A program made the position numbers and the translations under genes. A DNA stretch of 64,000 bases from an uncultured Chloroflexia bacterium (lineage in GTDB: Bacteria > Chloroflexota > Anaerolineae > Anaerolineales > UBA11858). Below are positions 30,191 through 39,412 of this stretch, one piece after another. The DNA is taken from NCBI GenBank assembly GCA_963712165.1, contig CAVQGY010000002.1, positions 618,795 through 682,794 of the forward strand. The letters are read 5' to 3'. The notes under the pieces are model-generated. The model searched no databases, was not told where the DNA came from, and saw only the letters and a program-made list of their open reading frames with translations. Positions within the stretch are counted from its first letter, which is position 1, and every line of letters begins with the position of its first letter.

Positions 30191-30307
30191 TCCTAACGGA
30201 TTGAGCTCACCTGCAGCCGGGTCGTGGTTTGAAAGATCGTACACCCCAGGCCATCCACCTTAACCGGCTGTCATCCGCAGCGAAGCGCAGGAGAGCGGGG
30301 GTTATGT
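30191..30307 (-). repeat. attC with hairpin insertion in L box
   Basis: GTCA[TCCGCAGCGAAGCGCAGGA]GAGC replaces GGTG. Confidence 0.85.
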
Positions 30308-30877
30308 ATCATTTTCAACATTAGACATGAACCAATTCGCTTCATCAGGCACAAACAGGTAAAAATCTTCAATTCCTGCTTTGCCGTTTAAGATTTGGAT
30401 CATCTCTTTTGAATCATCAAGATACCTAGACGCATTGTCGATTGATATCTCTTCTTCCCAGGATGTACTTGGAACACGTGGCACATCTCCATCTGCAAGT
30501 ATTTGAAAGCTGTTTTCTGTTAGAACCTCGGTTTTACAATGAGCTAGAGTATTTCTCAGAGCAATCATCCTGCTAAAAGTTTGAAATGGTCTCGAACCAT
30601 AATCAATGTTCATTTTAAGAATAGCCCCCAAGGTTTCCAGTTTTTCCTTTAGAGATAATTTTCTTTCGATAGTATCCCAAAAATCAGTTATATGAGCACC
30701 GAGATGGTTCAAATATGCTTCAAATGAGAACGCTGAAAAAACCATGGACGAAGCAATGAGATTGTTACTCCCTTTTTCTTCAGCCTTTGCCTTTTTTAGA
30801 CATGTGTAACTAATGTTCCTAAGATATGCGAATGTATAAACGGTCCGGTGGACATCAACCGTCTTTTTTTCAGTCAT
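30302..30877 (-). CDS. HEPN-like domain protein
   Basis: FSFEAYLN and RNTLAH (RxxxxH). Confidence 0.6.
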   Translation of the reverse strand: MTEKKTVDVHRTVYTFAYLRNISYTCLKKAKAEEKGSNNLIASSMVFSAFSFEAYLNHLGAHITDFWDTIERKLSLKEKLETLGAILKMNIDYGSRPFQTFSRMIALRNTLAHCKTEVLTENSFQILADGDVPRVPSTSWEEEISIDNASRYLDDSKEMIQILNGKAGIEDFYLFVPDEANWFMSNVENDT

Positions 30878-30894
30878 AGGTATTAGTTAATGAT

Positions 30895-31016
30895 ACATAA
30901 CGGATGAGCTCACCTGCAGCCGGGTCCAATTTTTAATTTTCAATTTTCAATCTTCAATTCATCCCAGCTGTCAGGTGCCTGCCCAGAGCGAAGACGAAGG
31001 GGAGCGGGGATTAGGT
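30895..31016 (-). repeat. attC with 24-nt insertion
   Basis: GGTG[CCTGCCCAGAGCGAAGACGAAGGG]GAGC; R'' ATTAG. Confidence 0.85.
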
Positions 31017-31035
31017 AAACCAAAAAGTTAAAGCA

Positions 31036-31332
31036 TCAAGCCAATACCTTAACCTCGTTCAAAATTTGGTCGCCACTTTGCATATCAAGTAATTCAAGGT
31101 CGTAGTGGGATTGAAGATTCAGCCAAAACTGGGGAGAAATACCAAAGAAATGGCCTAAGCGAAAAGCTGTATCAGCAGAAATTGACCGTTTTCCATGAAC
31201 GATCTCATTGATCCTTCTGGGATCAACGCTAATATCCTTGGCTAAACGGTACTGGGTAATTTCCATCGGGTTGAGGAACTCTTCCAGAAGGATTTCGCCT
31301 GGGTGGATTGGTTCTAATTCTCGCTTGCTCAT
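31036..31332 (-). CDS. higA: HigA antitoxin
   Basis: HPGEILLEEFL, RINEIVHGKR, FWLNLQ. Confidence 0.92.
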   Translation of the reverse strand: MSKRELEPIHPGEILLEEFLNPMEITQYRLAKDISVDPRRINEIVHGKRSISADTAFRLGHFFGISPQFWLNLQSHYDLELLDMQSGDQILNEVKVLA

Positions 31333-31350
31333 CTTGTGCTCCTCAAACAG

Positions 31351-31635
31351 TTAAGAATGATAGTCTGTTATTTCAACTTGATAAACATTGCCATCACGCC
31401 ACTGAAAACAAATACGCCATTGATCATTAATGCGGATACTGTGCTGCCCGGACCGATCCCCTTTGAGTTTTTCCAACCGGTTACCTGGTGGGATACGAAG
31501 CTGTGATAACTCTGTAGCAGCATGAAGGACCAATAACTTTCTTGTGCCCCTACGCCAGATATCTGGAGGAAGCTTACGGGGCTTTTGGCCATGAAATAAT
31601 GATTCAGTATCATGGTCTTGGAATGATTTGATCAT
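31351..31635 (-). CDS. higB: HigB toxin
   Basis: LRIPPGNRLEKLKGDRSGQHSIRINDQWRICF. Confidence 0.92.
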   Translation of the reverse strand: MIKSFQDHDTESLFHGQKPRKLPPDIWRRGTRKLLVLHAATELSQLRIPPGNRLEKLKGDRSGQHSIRINDQWRICFQWRDGNVYQVEITDYHS

Positions 31636-31643
31636 CTTAGAGA

Positions 31644-31672
31644 ATAATAGCGCAAAACGCTAATAGTGTCAA
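31644..31672 (-). promoter_or_regulatory. higBA promoter TTGACA-N17-TATTAT
   Basis: tgtcaa 31667-72, ataata 31644-49. Confidence 0.7.
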
Positions 31673-31692
31673 GCACAATGGTTTGTGGTTAT

Positions 31693-31822
31693 ACCTAACG
31701 GTTTGCGTTAGCCGCAAGTGGGCGGGACGAGACAACGCTGATTGGACGGATTTTACCTGAGCACAGAATCAACTCCTTTTAGCGGTGCGAATCCCACTTG
31801 TCGGCTGCAGGCTGTGTTAGGG
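31693..31822 (-). repeat. attC of a different sequence family
   Basis: ACCTAACGGTTTGCGTTAGCCGCAAGTGGG...CCCACTTGTCGGCTGCAGGCTGTGTTAGG. Confidence 0.8.
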
Positions 31823-31852
31823 GCAGTGAAACAACTCCGAGAGTCATGTCTA

Positions 31853-32422
31853 CTAATCCGCGGAATATTCACTCCGAAGCAGTCCGTACATTGCACTACC
31901 GTGATACTTCCCGTCATCTTCTAAAGTATACTCTCGGCGGATTCCTTCACATGTGAATCCCAACTTCTCCAACATTCGCACCGACTGGTGATTGTCTTCG
32001 ATAGTCGGTGCCTCTATACGATTCAATCCCATCTGATCAAAACCGAAGCGAATCACCCTTCGAGCAGCTTCGCTCCCTATTCCTTGACCCCAGAATTCAT
32101 GAGCTAGGTCATAACCAAGCATAGCCCGATTGTGAATACTCCAACGGTGAAATCCAATCATACCGATGATCCTGTCAACTTCCTGTAGTGTAATACCCCA
32201 AATAACACCACCGGTCCCTTCATACTCAGCATTGTAGGATCTGATCAACTCCTCAGATTCAGCTATCTCGGTATGCGGCTCTGCGTTGTACCTTTGAACT
32301 ATCGGATCACTGGAGAAAACAAAAACATCCGCTGCATCCGACATTTTGGGCTGCCTTATATACAGCCTCTCGGTCCTGAGAACTGGAAATTCCGACCAGC
32401 CTGTTTCATCATTGAAAACCAT
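31853..32422 (-). CDS. RimJ/RimL-type GNAT acetyltransferase
   Basis: FP.LRTERL, WGQGIGSEA, N..S.RMLEKLGF..EG. Confidence 0.9.
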   Translation of the reverse strand: MVFNDETGWSEFPVLRTERLYIRQPKMSDAADVFVFSSDPIVQRYNAEPHTEIAESEELIRSYNAEYEGTGGVIWGITLQEVDRIIGMIGFHRWSIHNRAMLGYDLAHEFWGQGIGSEAARRVIRFGFDQMGLNRIEAPTIEDNHQSVRMLEKLGFTCEGIRREYTLEDDGKYHGSAMYGLLRSEYSAD

Positions 32423-32455
32423 TAAAAATTTATCTCCATTAGAACTGACTACTGC

Positions 32456-32605
32456 ACCTAACGGATGAGCTCAGCTGCAGCCGGGTTTTTCCCGGTCTCT
32501 TCACCCCCGGTCCTCCGTCTCCCGTCCCCGGTCGTTCGCGCAGCGAACCTCACCGGCTGTCGGGTGCCTGCCCAGAGCGAAGACGAAAGGGAGCGGGGGT
32601 TAGAT
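32456..32605 (-). repeat. attC with 24-nt insertion
   Basis: GGTG[CCTGCCCAGAGCGAAGACGAAAGG]GAGC. Confidence 0.85.
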
Positions 32606-32613
32606 GCCTTCAA

Positions 32614-33021
32614 CTACCCTTGAGAAATGTATTTACCTAAATCAAAGGCAATCGAAGGAAATTCATTTAATATTTTTTGGTCCACAGTAATCAGATGTGT
32701 ATCAAGATCTTGGGCAAGAGCAACAAATTCACAATCATAGGCAGAACAATCGGAAGATGAGACTAGATTAAGGACCTGGAAAGATGCTACTTCATATTCT
32801 CGCCCATTCATTAGATTGATTGACTCAAGGATGATATCCTGACATTGGTTTATGGATAAAATATCCTTTCTTAGATAGTGAGCTAAAACATTTCTAAACT
32901 CGCTCCGCCACAATACAGGAGCAGCCCATTGATCATCCTTTTGCAACAAATTCTCTGCTTGGGATGAGAATTCACCTTCCAAAAATAGATAGGCGATAAT
33001 GTTGGTATCTACAACAATCAT
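32614..33021 (-). CDS. vapC: VapC (PIN) toxin
   Basis: VVDTN, E..N.L, SAYDCEFVALA, LIT.D. Confidence 0.9.
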   Translation of the reverse strand: MIVVDTNIIAYLFLEGEFSSQAENLLQKDDQWAAPVLWRSEFRNVLAHYLRKDILSINQCQDIILESINLMNGREYEVASFQVLNLVSSSDCSAYDCEFVALAQDLDTHLITVDQKILNEFPSIAFDLGKYISQG

Positions 33022-33260
33022 GGTCGCCCAACACTCTTAGTCTGGGTCAAATCCTGATTAGTGACCGGGTGATTTGCAGTGAGGGTTCTTAGTTTTCGTG
33101 CTTTATAGAGAAGCTTTTCAGTATCAATTGCCTGACTTTCAACGGTATTTTCAATACAGATGATGATTTCACTATTAATGCTGCGTCTATTCATATCGGC
33201 AGATATTTTGAGTTTTTTATAAAGGTCAGGGGGAATGTTCTTAACAGTAAAATTAGTCAT
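33018..33260 (-). CDS. Arc/FitA-like ribbon-helix-helix antitoxin
   Basis: TVKNIP..LY..LK..A..NRRSINSEI; overlaps vapC. Confidence 0.85.
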   Translation of the reverse strand: MTNFTVKNIPPDLYKKLKISADMNRRSINSEIIICIENTVESQAIDTEKLLYKARKLRTLTANHPVTNQDLTQTKSVGRP

Positions 33261-33287
33261 TCTTACCTCCCTAGCGGTTCCAATATA

Positions 33288-33321
33288 AAACCATTATGGT
33301 TTATTAGTAGCAATTTGTCAA
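33288..33321 (-). promoter_or_regulatory. vapBC promoter TTGACA-N17-CATAAT with palindromic operator
   Basis: tgtcaa 33316-21; aaaccattatggttt palindrome over the -10. Confidence 0.65.
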
Positions 33322-33343
33322 TACCAAAACAATAAATCAAGGC

Positions 33344-33473
33344 ATCTAACGGTCTCGAGCTCAGCTGCCCAGCGGCTCAGGCAACGGTCCAGCCATTCTC
33401 ACGCATTCTGGCAGGCAGGACACCACCCAACTTTCCGCACGCCAGCCGGGTCAGCTGCAGCGAGTGGTTAGCT
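33344..33473 (-). repeat. attC of a different sequence family
   Basis: ATCTAACGGTCTCGAGCTCAGCTGCCC...GGGTCAGCTGCAGCGAGTGGTTAGCT. Confidence 0.8.
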
Positions 33474-34168
33474 GGATCGGCGTCCAATATCTAGAAGGAC
33501 ATTGACAAGTTCATCTGTCTCTGTGAACGCGTGATCTGTGGTTATCTCACAATAGCTCCAGTTTGGATCTGACTTCACCCTTGGAGCTTGATCAACTGTG
33601 TATCTTAATGAGAGGGAGGTCTTCCTTGCCCTCCGTGCAATACACATAGGTTTTTGGGATTTGCACAGCCTGTGGATTCGCAATGGTGATTTTCGTTTGC
33701 ATGGTCGCGAGGGGATGCCCCGTATGCCGTGGATTCGCGCCAGGCCAATCTGGGATCATTTGCCACCCATCACCGTGTGCTTCCGCATTTGCCCTAAGGT
33801 ATTCCATAACCTGAGGCCCGACAATATCGGCGATCGATTGGCCGTCTCTTGGAATGATGCCATCTAGGATAACCAAGTGGGCAATACGTTCTGGGGACTC
33901 CTCGAGCACGCCTGCTGCTACCATTCCTCCATAGCTATGCCCGAGAAGGATTACCTCTTCGAGTTCTTCAAACTTGAGTACCATCAGGATATCTTGAATA
34001 TGTGTCTTGAGGTCAATATTCGGGTTGGTTAGGTGGATGCGTTCGCCAACACCAGTGTAGGTTGGACTGAATACTTCATGACCTGCATCCCGAAGTCGAG
34101 ATTCGATCCCTCTCTCGAACCCACCACCCCCCTGTGTGTCCGCCAGCGCAGAACAAGAACGTCGCCAT
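33468..34168 (-). pseudogene. alpha/beta hydrolase (methylesterase-like), frameshifted
   Basis: MATFLFCAGG..GGW start; GHEVFSPTYTG.GER and GHSYGG in another frame; C-terminus in a third frame. Confidence 0.7.
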
Positions 34169-34202
34169 TTTCGCCTCCTTTGGCTCCCAAACTATCAGAT
34201 CC

Positions 34203-34351
34203 AGCTAACGGATGAGCTCACCCGCAGTCGGGCCAGTTTTTAGTAATCAGTATTCAGAGATCAGTCACCACGTTCTAATTTTTAATTTTCAATTCATCCC
34301 GGCTGTCGGGTGCCTGCCCAGAGCGAAGACGAAGGGGAGCGGGGGTTAGCT
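34203..34351 (-). repeat. attC with 24-nt insertion and heptamer loop
   Basis: Near-identical to 34873-35021. Confidence 0.88.
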
Positions 34352-34366
34352 GGCGCCCCATTGCAT

Positions 34367-34855
34367 TTATTGGTCAGATAGCAGTTGGGGAGCCAGTTTA
34401 TTAGGGTAACGATAATCCTTCGGTCCGCAGGGAAATTCAGACAGCCAAAGTTCAAGACCCAACAAGCTAAAATCTTCATGCATTTGAATGTAAGTCTTTG
34501 CATTAAGTATGAGGTCATTCATTGTGCCAAGCACACTTGGATTGGAGGTTCTTGCGATTGATACCTCTCTCATCTCGGCTAATTCCATGGATACGGCTCG
34601 CTCTGAAACATCTAAATGAAAAAGAAGTTCAGATAACCTTGAGCGGAAATTGGGAAGTAATTGCTTTCTCTCTCTAAGTGGCATGATAACTGATAATAAT
34701 GATTGCTCACTTACAAAGATGATCAAACGATGATGCCCCTTGAACAAAACGTTTCCATACCAATCTCCCATGCGATTAGTTGGTTGTGGTGGGGAATCCA
34801 CAGCTGGTACTTGTAGCTTATCAATCAATTTTCGCGTACATCTAACTGAGAACAT
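34367..34855 (-). CDS. DUF6933-like hypothetical protein (intact copy)
   Basis: RCT.KL, GDWYGN, ARTSN.SVLG.MND, L...PCG. Confidence 0.7.
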   Translation of the reverse strand: MFSVRCTRKLIDKLQVPAVDSPPQPTNRMGDWYGNVLFKGHHRLIIFVSEQSLLSVIMPLRERKQLLPNFRSRLSELLFHLDVSERAVSMELAEMREVSIARTSNPSVLGTMNDLILNAKTYIQMHEDFSLLGLELWLSEFPCGPKDYRYPNKLAPQLLSDQ

Positions 34856-34872
34856 TGGATCTTTTATTGTCC

Positions 34873-35021
34873 AGCTAACGGATGAGCTCAACCGCAGCCG
34901 GGCCAGTTTTTAGTAATCAGTATTCAGAGATCAGTCACCACGTTCTAATTTAAAATTTTCAATTCATCCCGGCTGTCGGGTGCCTGCCCAGAGCGAAGAC
35001 GAAGGGGAGCGGGGGTTAGTT
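34873..35021 (-). repeat. attC with 24-nt insertion at 34983-35006
   Basis: GGTG[CCTGCCCAGAGCGAAGACGAAGGG]GAGC. Confidence 0.88.
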
Positions 35022-35035
35022 TGTGATTTCAAATA

Positions 35036-35695
35036 TCATTTCTTAGCAAAACTATATGCAGCTTGTTCTGAATGAATTACCTCAGTATTGGTAAATTTGT
35101 GTCTCAAAATGAAATCAGCTGCGTTATTCGAAAGGATATAAGTACCACCATGGTTTATTGGATGAAAGAAATCCTCACCTGTCCAAGTATCTTTTTCAAT
35201 TACAATCCTTTCTCTACTTCTCCAGCTTCCTCCGGAGCTACCTCCACCTGGTCCACAAGTTTTGCAGTAATCAATTGATGGCTTAGTCATCCAATCAATA
35301 CCCATTTCATCGTAATTCACTCGGGTCATAGATCTAGATAGATAGACCCCGAATAACTTCGGTGGATCCATTTGCTTGGCCTTTTTTGTGGTTCCCATCT
35401 GAATTATATTAATTGGCAGGATTTCTTGTATACCAGATAATTTCTCTTCCTTATACAGACTTACAAACCTCTTTGAAACAAGAAAATCACAACCCCCAGC
35501 ACCTGCAACAAAATCCCCAAGCCTCCCCGGATTCTTTATCACTACATCATAGGGTGGCTCCCAATGGAGCATTGATATCGGGTTATTACATTCAGGACAT
35601 CTTAAGCAATCAGAGTAAACCGCGTTCGCAGTCATTTCGTACCACGAAAAGCTTTGGCTGAATCTCTTGATTCTTAGAATGTAAAAATCGTCCAT
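35036..35695 (-). CDS. double-CXXC protein, possibly DUF1629/Imm11-like immunity protein
   Basis: CPEC and CKTCG, FLVSKRF, W.GEDFF. Confidence 0.55.
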   Translation of the reverse strand: MDDFYILRIKRFSQSFSWYEMTANAVYSDCLRCPECNNPISMLHWEPPYDVVIKNPGRLGDFVAGAGGCDFLVSKRFVSLYKEEKLSGIQEILPINIIQMGTTKKAKQMDPPKLFGVYLSRSMTRVNYDEMGIDWMTKPSIDYCKTCGPGGGSSGGSWRSRERIVIEKDTWTGEDFFHPINHGGTYILSNNAADFILRHKFTNTEVIHSEQAAYSFAKK

Positions 35696-35713
35696 ATTAT
35701 TTTCTGATCATCA

Positions 35714-35771
35714 AACTAACGGATGAGCTCAGCGGCGCGTTCCCCAGCGTCCGCTGCAGTGGGGGTTAGCT
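35714..35771 (-). repeat. short 58-bp attC
   Basis: AACTAACGGATGAGCTCAGCGG...CCGCTGCAGTGGGGGTTAGCT. Confidence 0.85.
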
Positions 35772-35781
35772 TGACTTATTT

Positions 35782-36596
35782 TTACTGTTCACCTTGCAGG
35801 GTACTTTGTCTGATAAAGAAATCCAATACGATCTCAACATATCTTTCTGACCTAGGCAGTGAGTGATCGGCATTGGTAACTATTGCTAGTTCTAAATGAG
35901 GAATGAGACGATACAGTTCCACCATTTGTTCGACTGAGGCTACAGTATCTCTATCTCCTAGCAAGATTAAAGCGGGATCTGTGATGCGATTGAAATCTTC
36001 ATTTTCGTAGACAACTGGTGTAAACTATAGTTCAGATATCACAGATGACAAGTCCTTCCAATATTCAGAGCCCTGTGAGGAATGTATCATTTGCCACTTT
36101 TCACATGATTCCGGTCTGATTTCTTGAATCTATTTAGATCGATCTGGCCCGGAGCTTCAATATCAATATTAGCTAGACCTTGTAGATAACCCTCAGAAAA
36201 CTCCTTCCAGGCCCCTGAGATGACAAGCACCTTTGCCAAACCAGGGTATCTGATTCCCAGCTCAATAGCGATTTGGCCGCCATCACTCCAACCACAAACG
36301 AATGGGCTATCAATATTCTTTGCGGAAATGAATGCAGCAATATCATCTGCCATCAACTGATAACTTAAATCAGATAGAGGGTTTTCTGTACGTCCATGTC
36401 CTCGACTATCAGGTGAAATAACTCTGAAGTGTTTGGCAAGAACCTCGGTTACAGGTCTGGCCATCTCCGAGGTAGCCATACCGCCATGGAGAAACACTAA
36501 AGGATCCCCAGTGCTAAATTCTTGGTAGTAAATTTCAATTCCGTTCGCAGAAATGAAATTACCTTGTTCAGAATTGGCGTTCATTTTCTCGACCAT
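35782..36596 (-). pseudogene. alpha/beta hydrolase, frameshift plus nonsense codon
   Basis: LHGG, DSRGHGRT, GWSDGG; C-terminal GDRD..H fragment at 35782-35964. Confidence 0.7.
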
Positions 36597-36767
36597 GTTT
36601 GCCCAATCCTTTCTCCGAACCGGAGACATTGCAGTTTCCAGAGATTTCTAATAAATCCTGGATCATACAATAAGAAAAGGAAAGTGTTTTTTCTCTAGAT
36701 AGACTTGCTGATCATATCAAGTGGCTAAAATGGCAAATAAATATATATTCTTGAACCCCAATAAGAT

Positions 36768-38213
36768 CTATGGCGTGGGCGGCGTCCAGGTAATGGTCCA
36801 GGGGCCGGGTAGTGGTACGGTCTGATACAGTGTGAGTTCAAAAGTCAGGATGCCGGTGGGCACAGGTTCGTCGGTAAGGAAATTTTGTGCGTAATTTATC
36901 CGCTTGTTAGGGCGGTGATCGACCATTCCCTCGGATACTTCCGTCATCGAAGGCGATAGATCATGGATGGTCAACGAAAAAGATGAACGTTCGGGAACAT
37001 CAATACCAGAATGCCACTTGAGGAGATAGCCCTTCTCGAGCATCTGCACCTGGTCGATAACGAAATCATATCCACCCAGTTTAAAGGGTAAATTGAGCTC
37101 CCATTGTTCCCCTGAACCCGGATCAGGACCGGTATCAAATTGGAACTGGAAGGTATCCGATTGGTGGATATTGACTTGATCCAAGGTGATTTTTAGCGGA
37201 CCGGTCACCGGTTTCGGGATCTCATATGCCCAGGAATAAAACCAGGTCCAGACGGTTACAGGCGAAATGTCCTGCCGTACTTTGAACGAGACAGTTTCCC
37301 CAAGAGCATTCTCAATTTTTGGTTTATAAATGGAATCGCTGCCCCCATACATAACCACGGGGCCGGGCAAATCACCCGCATCTGTAAAGTTGCCCATCAG
37401 GACATAGGAATTTTCCATCTCAATGATTTTATCCAGATACAACCCAGAGCCTTTGGGAACATTAGTGGGCCGAATCGGCAAGGATGATAAGTGGGGTTCC
37501 GGCGTAGAAATTTCGGTCTGGAGATCGTCAGTTGGGGTGATTGAGCCAATGTAATTAGGGCTAACAGACTCGTACGTAACCTCGATTTCTGTCGCCGGGG
37601 TAACCATATTTATTGGAGCCGGGACCAACAGCAATTCTATGACTGGCATCTGGCACGGAGAAATAAAGATCACCTTTCTGGTCTGTGCCGGAAGCGGTGC
37701 AAATGTTAAGCTTGACTCAAAGCTCATTGGTGCACCACGATATGACTCCATGTCGCCTCCCCCGCCGCCTGTGAAATTTAACAAACTTCCATCGGGCAGC
37801 GCTAACCCAGGAGAATCCGTACAAATTGGGAAACCAGAATCAACCGGAGGAATGCCATCAACCCGGTAGGCGACATAGGTACGCATGGAATCAGCCACCA
37901 ACCGGTTTACCGTCACCATGATGCCAGCCTGATTTACCGAAACTGGTTCGGCCAAAATGTAGATTCCATCGCCCTGTTCCACAATCCCCACTCCGGGAAA
38001 ATAGCCAATCGACCTGCCAACAGCATAAGCCACGCCGGTCAACAGGGTGAGGGCACATAAAATGGAAAAAGCCATCAGAACAGGCCTGGACCGTAAGGTA
38101 CCCGTGAAGGTTACTCTTTCAAGCTGCGCGGCGATACGCGGATACAGATTCAGGTTATCTGACACATGCGTCCGAGCGGCGGCATCCAAGTATTCACGTG
38201 GGGTCTTTTTCAT
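36768..38213 (-). CDS. putative anti-sigma factor (DUF4179-like)
   Basis: Short N-terminus, one TM, large extracytoplasmic region; overlaps the ECF sigma stop. Confidence 0.7.
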   Translation of the reverse strand: MKKTPREYLDAAARTHVSDNLNLYPRIAAQLERVTFTGTLRSRPVLMAFSILCALTLLTGVAYAVGRSIGYFPGVGIVEQGDGIYILAEPVSVNQAGIMVTVNRLVADSMRTYVAYRVDGIPPVDSGFPICTDSPGLALPDGSLLNFTGGGGGDMESYRGAPMSFESSLTFAPLPAQTRKVIFISPCQMPVIELLLVPAPINMVTPATEIEVTYESVSPNYIGSITPTDDLQTEISTPEPHLSSLPIRPTNVPKGSGLYLDKIIEMENSYVLMGNFTDAGDLPGPVVMYGGSDSIYKPKIENALGETVSFKVRQDISPVTVWTWFYSWAYEIPKPVTGPLKITLDQVNIHQSDTFQFQFDTGPDPGSGEQWELNLPFKLGGYDFVIDQVQMLEKGYLLKWHSGIDVPERSSFSLTIHDLSPSMTEVSEGMVDHRPNKRINYAQNFLTDEPVPTGILTFELTLYQTVPLPGPWTITWTPPTP

Positions 38214-38794
38214 TGATCACTCCTTTGCGAGCTCAGCAGGTCACGCAGACGTGTACGGGCGGCATGCAACAACCACTTGATCGTGCCGGGCGCAATAGTC
38301 AAATCCTTCGCCATTTCCAGTTCGCTCATTTCAAGGTAATAGCGCTGGACAATCACTGCGCGCTGTCGGGGCGTAAGTTTGGATAGGGTGTTGAGAATTT
38401 CAAGGGAGAGTTGGGCAAATTCGACCTGCGTTTCGACCGAAGCAGCACTCGTAAGCAGGGTTTCCAGCATGGCGGGATCAGCATCCAGCGAGACAGATTT
38501 ACCGTCTCGACGAACCTCATTCAAGGCCGCATTGACCACACTGCGCATCAGATAGGGCTCAAAAGGTCGGGTCTCATCAATATGCTGGCTGCGCCGGTAC
38601 AGACGGATGAATGTTTCCTGGACTATGTCCTCGGCAAGGGATTCATCATGTGTAACGAGAAACGCGGCTCGAACGGCCTTAACCTGATAATGATTGACCA
38701 ATACTTCCAACCCGCTGATCTGACTGTTTTTCATGCGCTGAATGGCTGCGCGATCATCCATGTAATTCTCCATTGCTTGTGTACGCGTCCACAT
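38210..38794 (-). CDS. ECF RNA polymerase sigma factor
   Basis: AEDIVQETFI, FEPYL...VN, L..RQR.VI..RYY..MS..E.A..L....GT.K..L..AR. Confidence 0.9.
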   Translation of the reverse strand: MWTRTQAMENYMDDRAAIQRMKNSQISGLEVLVNHYQVKAVRAAFLVTHDESLAEDIVQETFIRLYRRSQHIDETRPFEPYLMRSVVNAALNEVRRDGKSVSLDADPAMLETLLTSAASVETQVEFAQLSLEILNTLSKLTPRQRAVIVQRYYLEMSELEMAKDLTIAPGTIKWLLHAARTRLRDLLSSQRSDQ

Positions 38795-39266
38795 TAGATA
38801 TACACATTGAACTGCTAAAAGGTTGGGTCAAGTTGAGACTGACTAATAAACGATCAAGATTTTCAGATTTTATGTTTTAAACATGAGCCAGTGATCAGCA
38901 TATCAACTGAAAAACCGAGTTTACTGGCACGTTAATATTTTCATTTATAAATTTGTTCGTACCGGGCAAACCTGTTGACAGCTGCTGTGAACCACACTGT
39001 GGAAATGTCACCTAAGTATAAATGAGTAGTGCTAAAAATTTTCCAATTCTGTATGTTGGTAAAAAGAAAGATAAGGAGGGGTGGGAACCGACGTGTGTCC
39101 AATCCAGTCAAGCTGGATGAATTGCAGCAAATAAAAAAAGCACCTCCTGTTTCTTTATTATCTCACAAGAGGCACTTTCTTTTCTTGTCTTCTTTTTCGG
39201 GGTCAGTTCAGATTTTTGGGTCTTTTTTTATGAGACTATAGGGCTTTTCGTGATCTTGAAATAGAG

Positions 39267-39389
39267 AGCTAACGGATGAGCTCACCCGCAGCGGGTTTGC
39301 TTTTAATGATTATGGAACCAATACCGATAAGAGGGGGAAACCTTTAAAAACCGGCCGTGGCCAGCTGTCGGGTGGAGCGGGGGTTAGGT
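39267..39389 (-). repeat. attC
   Basis: Canonical arms. Confidence 0.9.
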
Positions 39390-39412
39390 ATCAATCTACG
39401 TACATACATTAA

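Noticed and set aside
38830-39260. Insertion sequence in the non-coding part of the large cassette
   Set aside because: Only a short RBS-led interrupted ORF; no recognisable transposase motif or paired terminal repeats by eye
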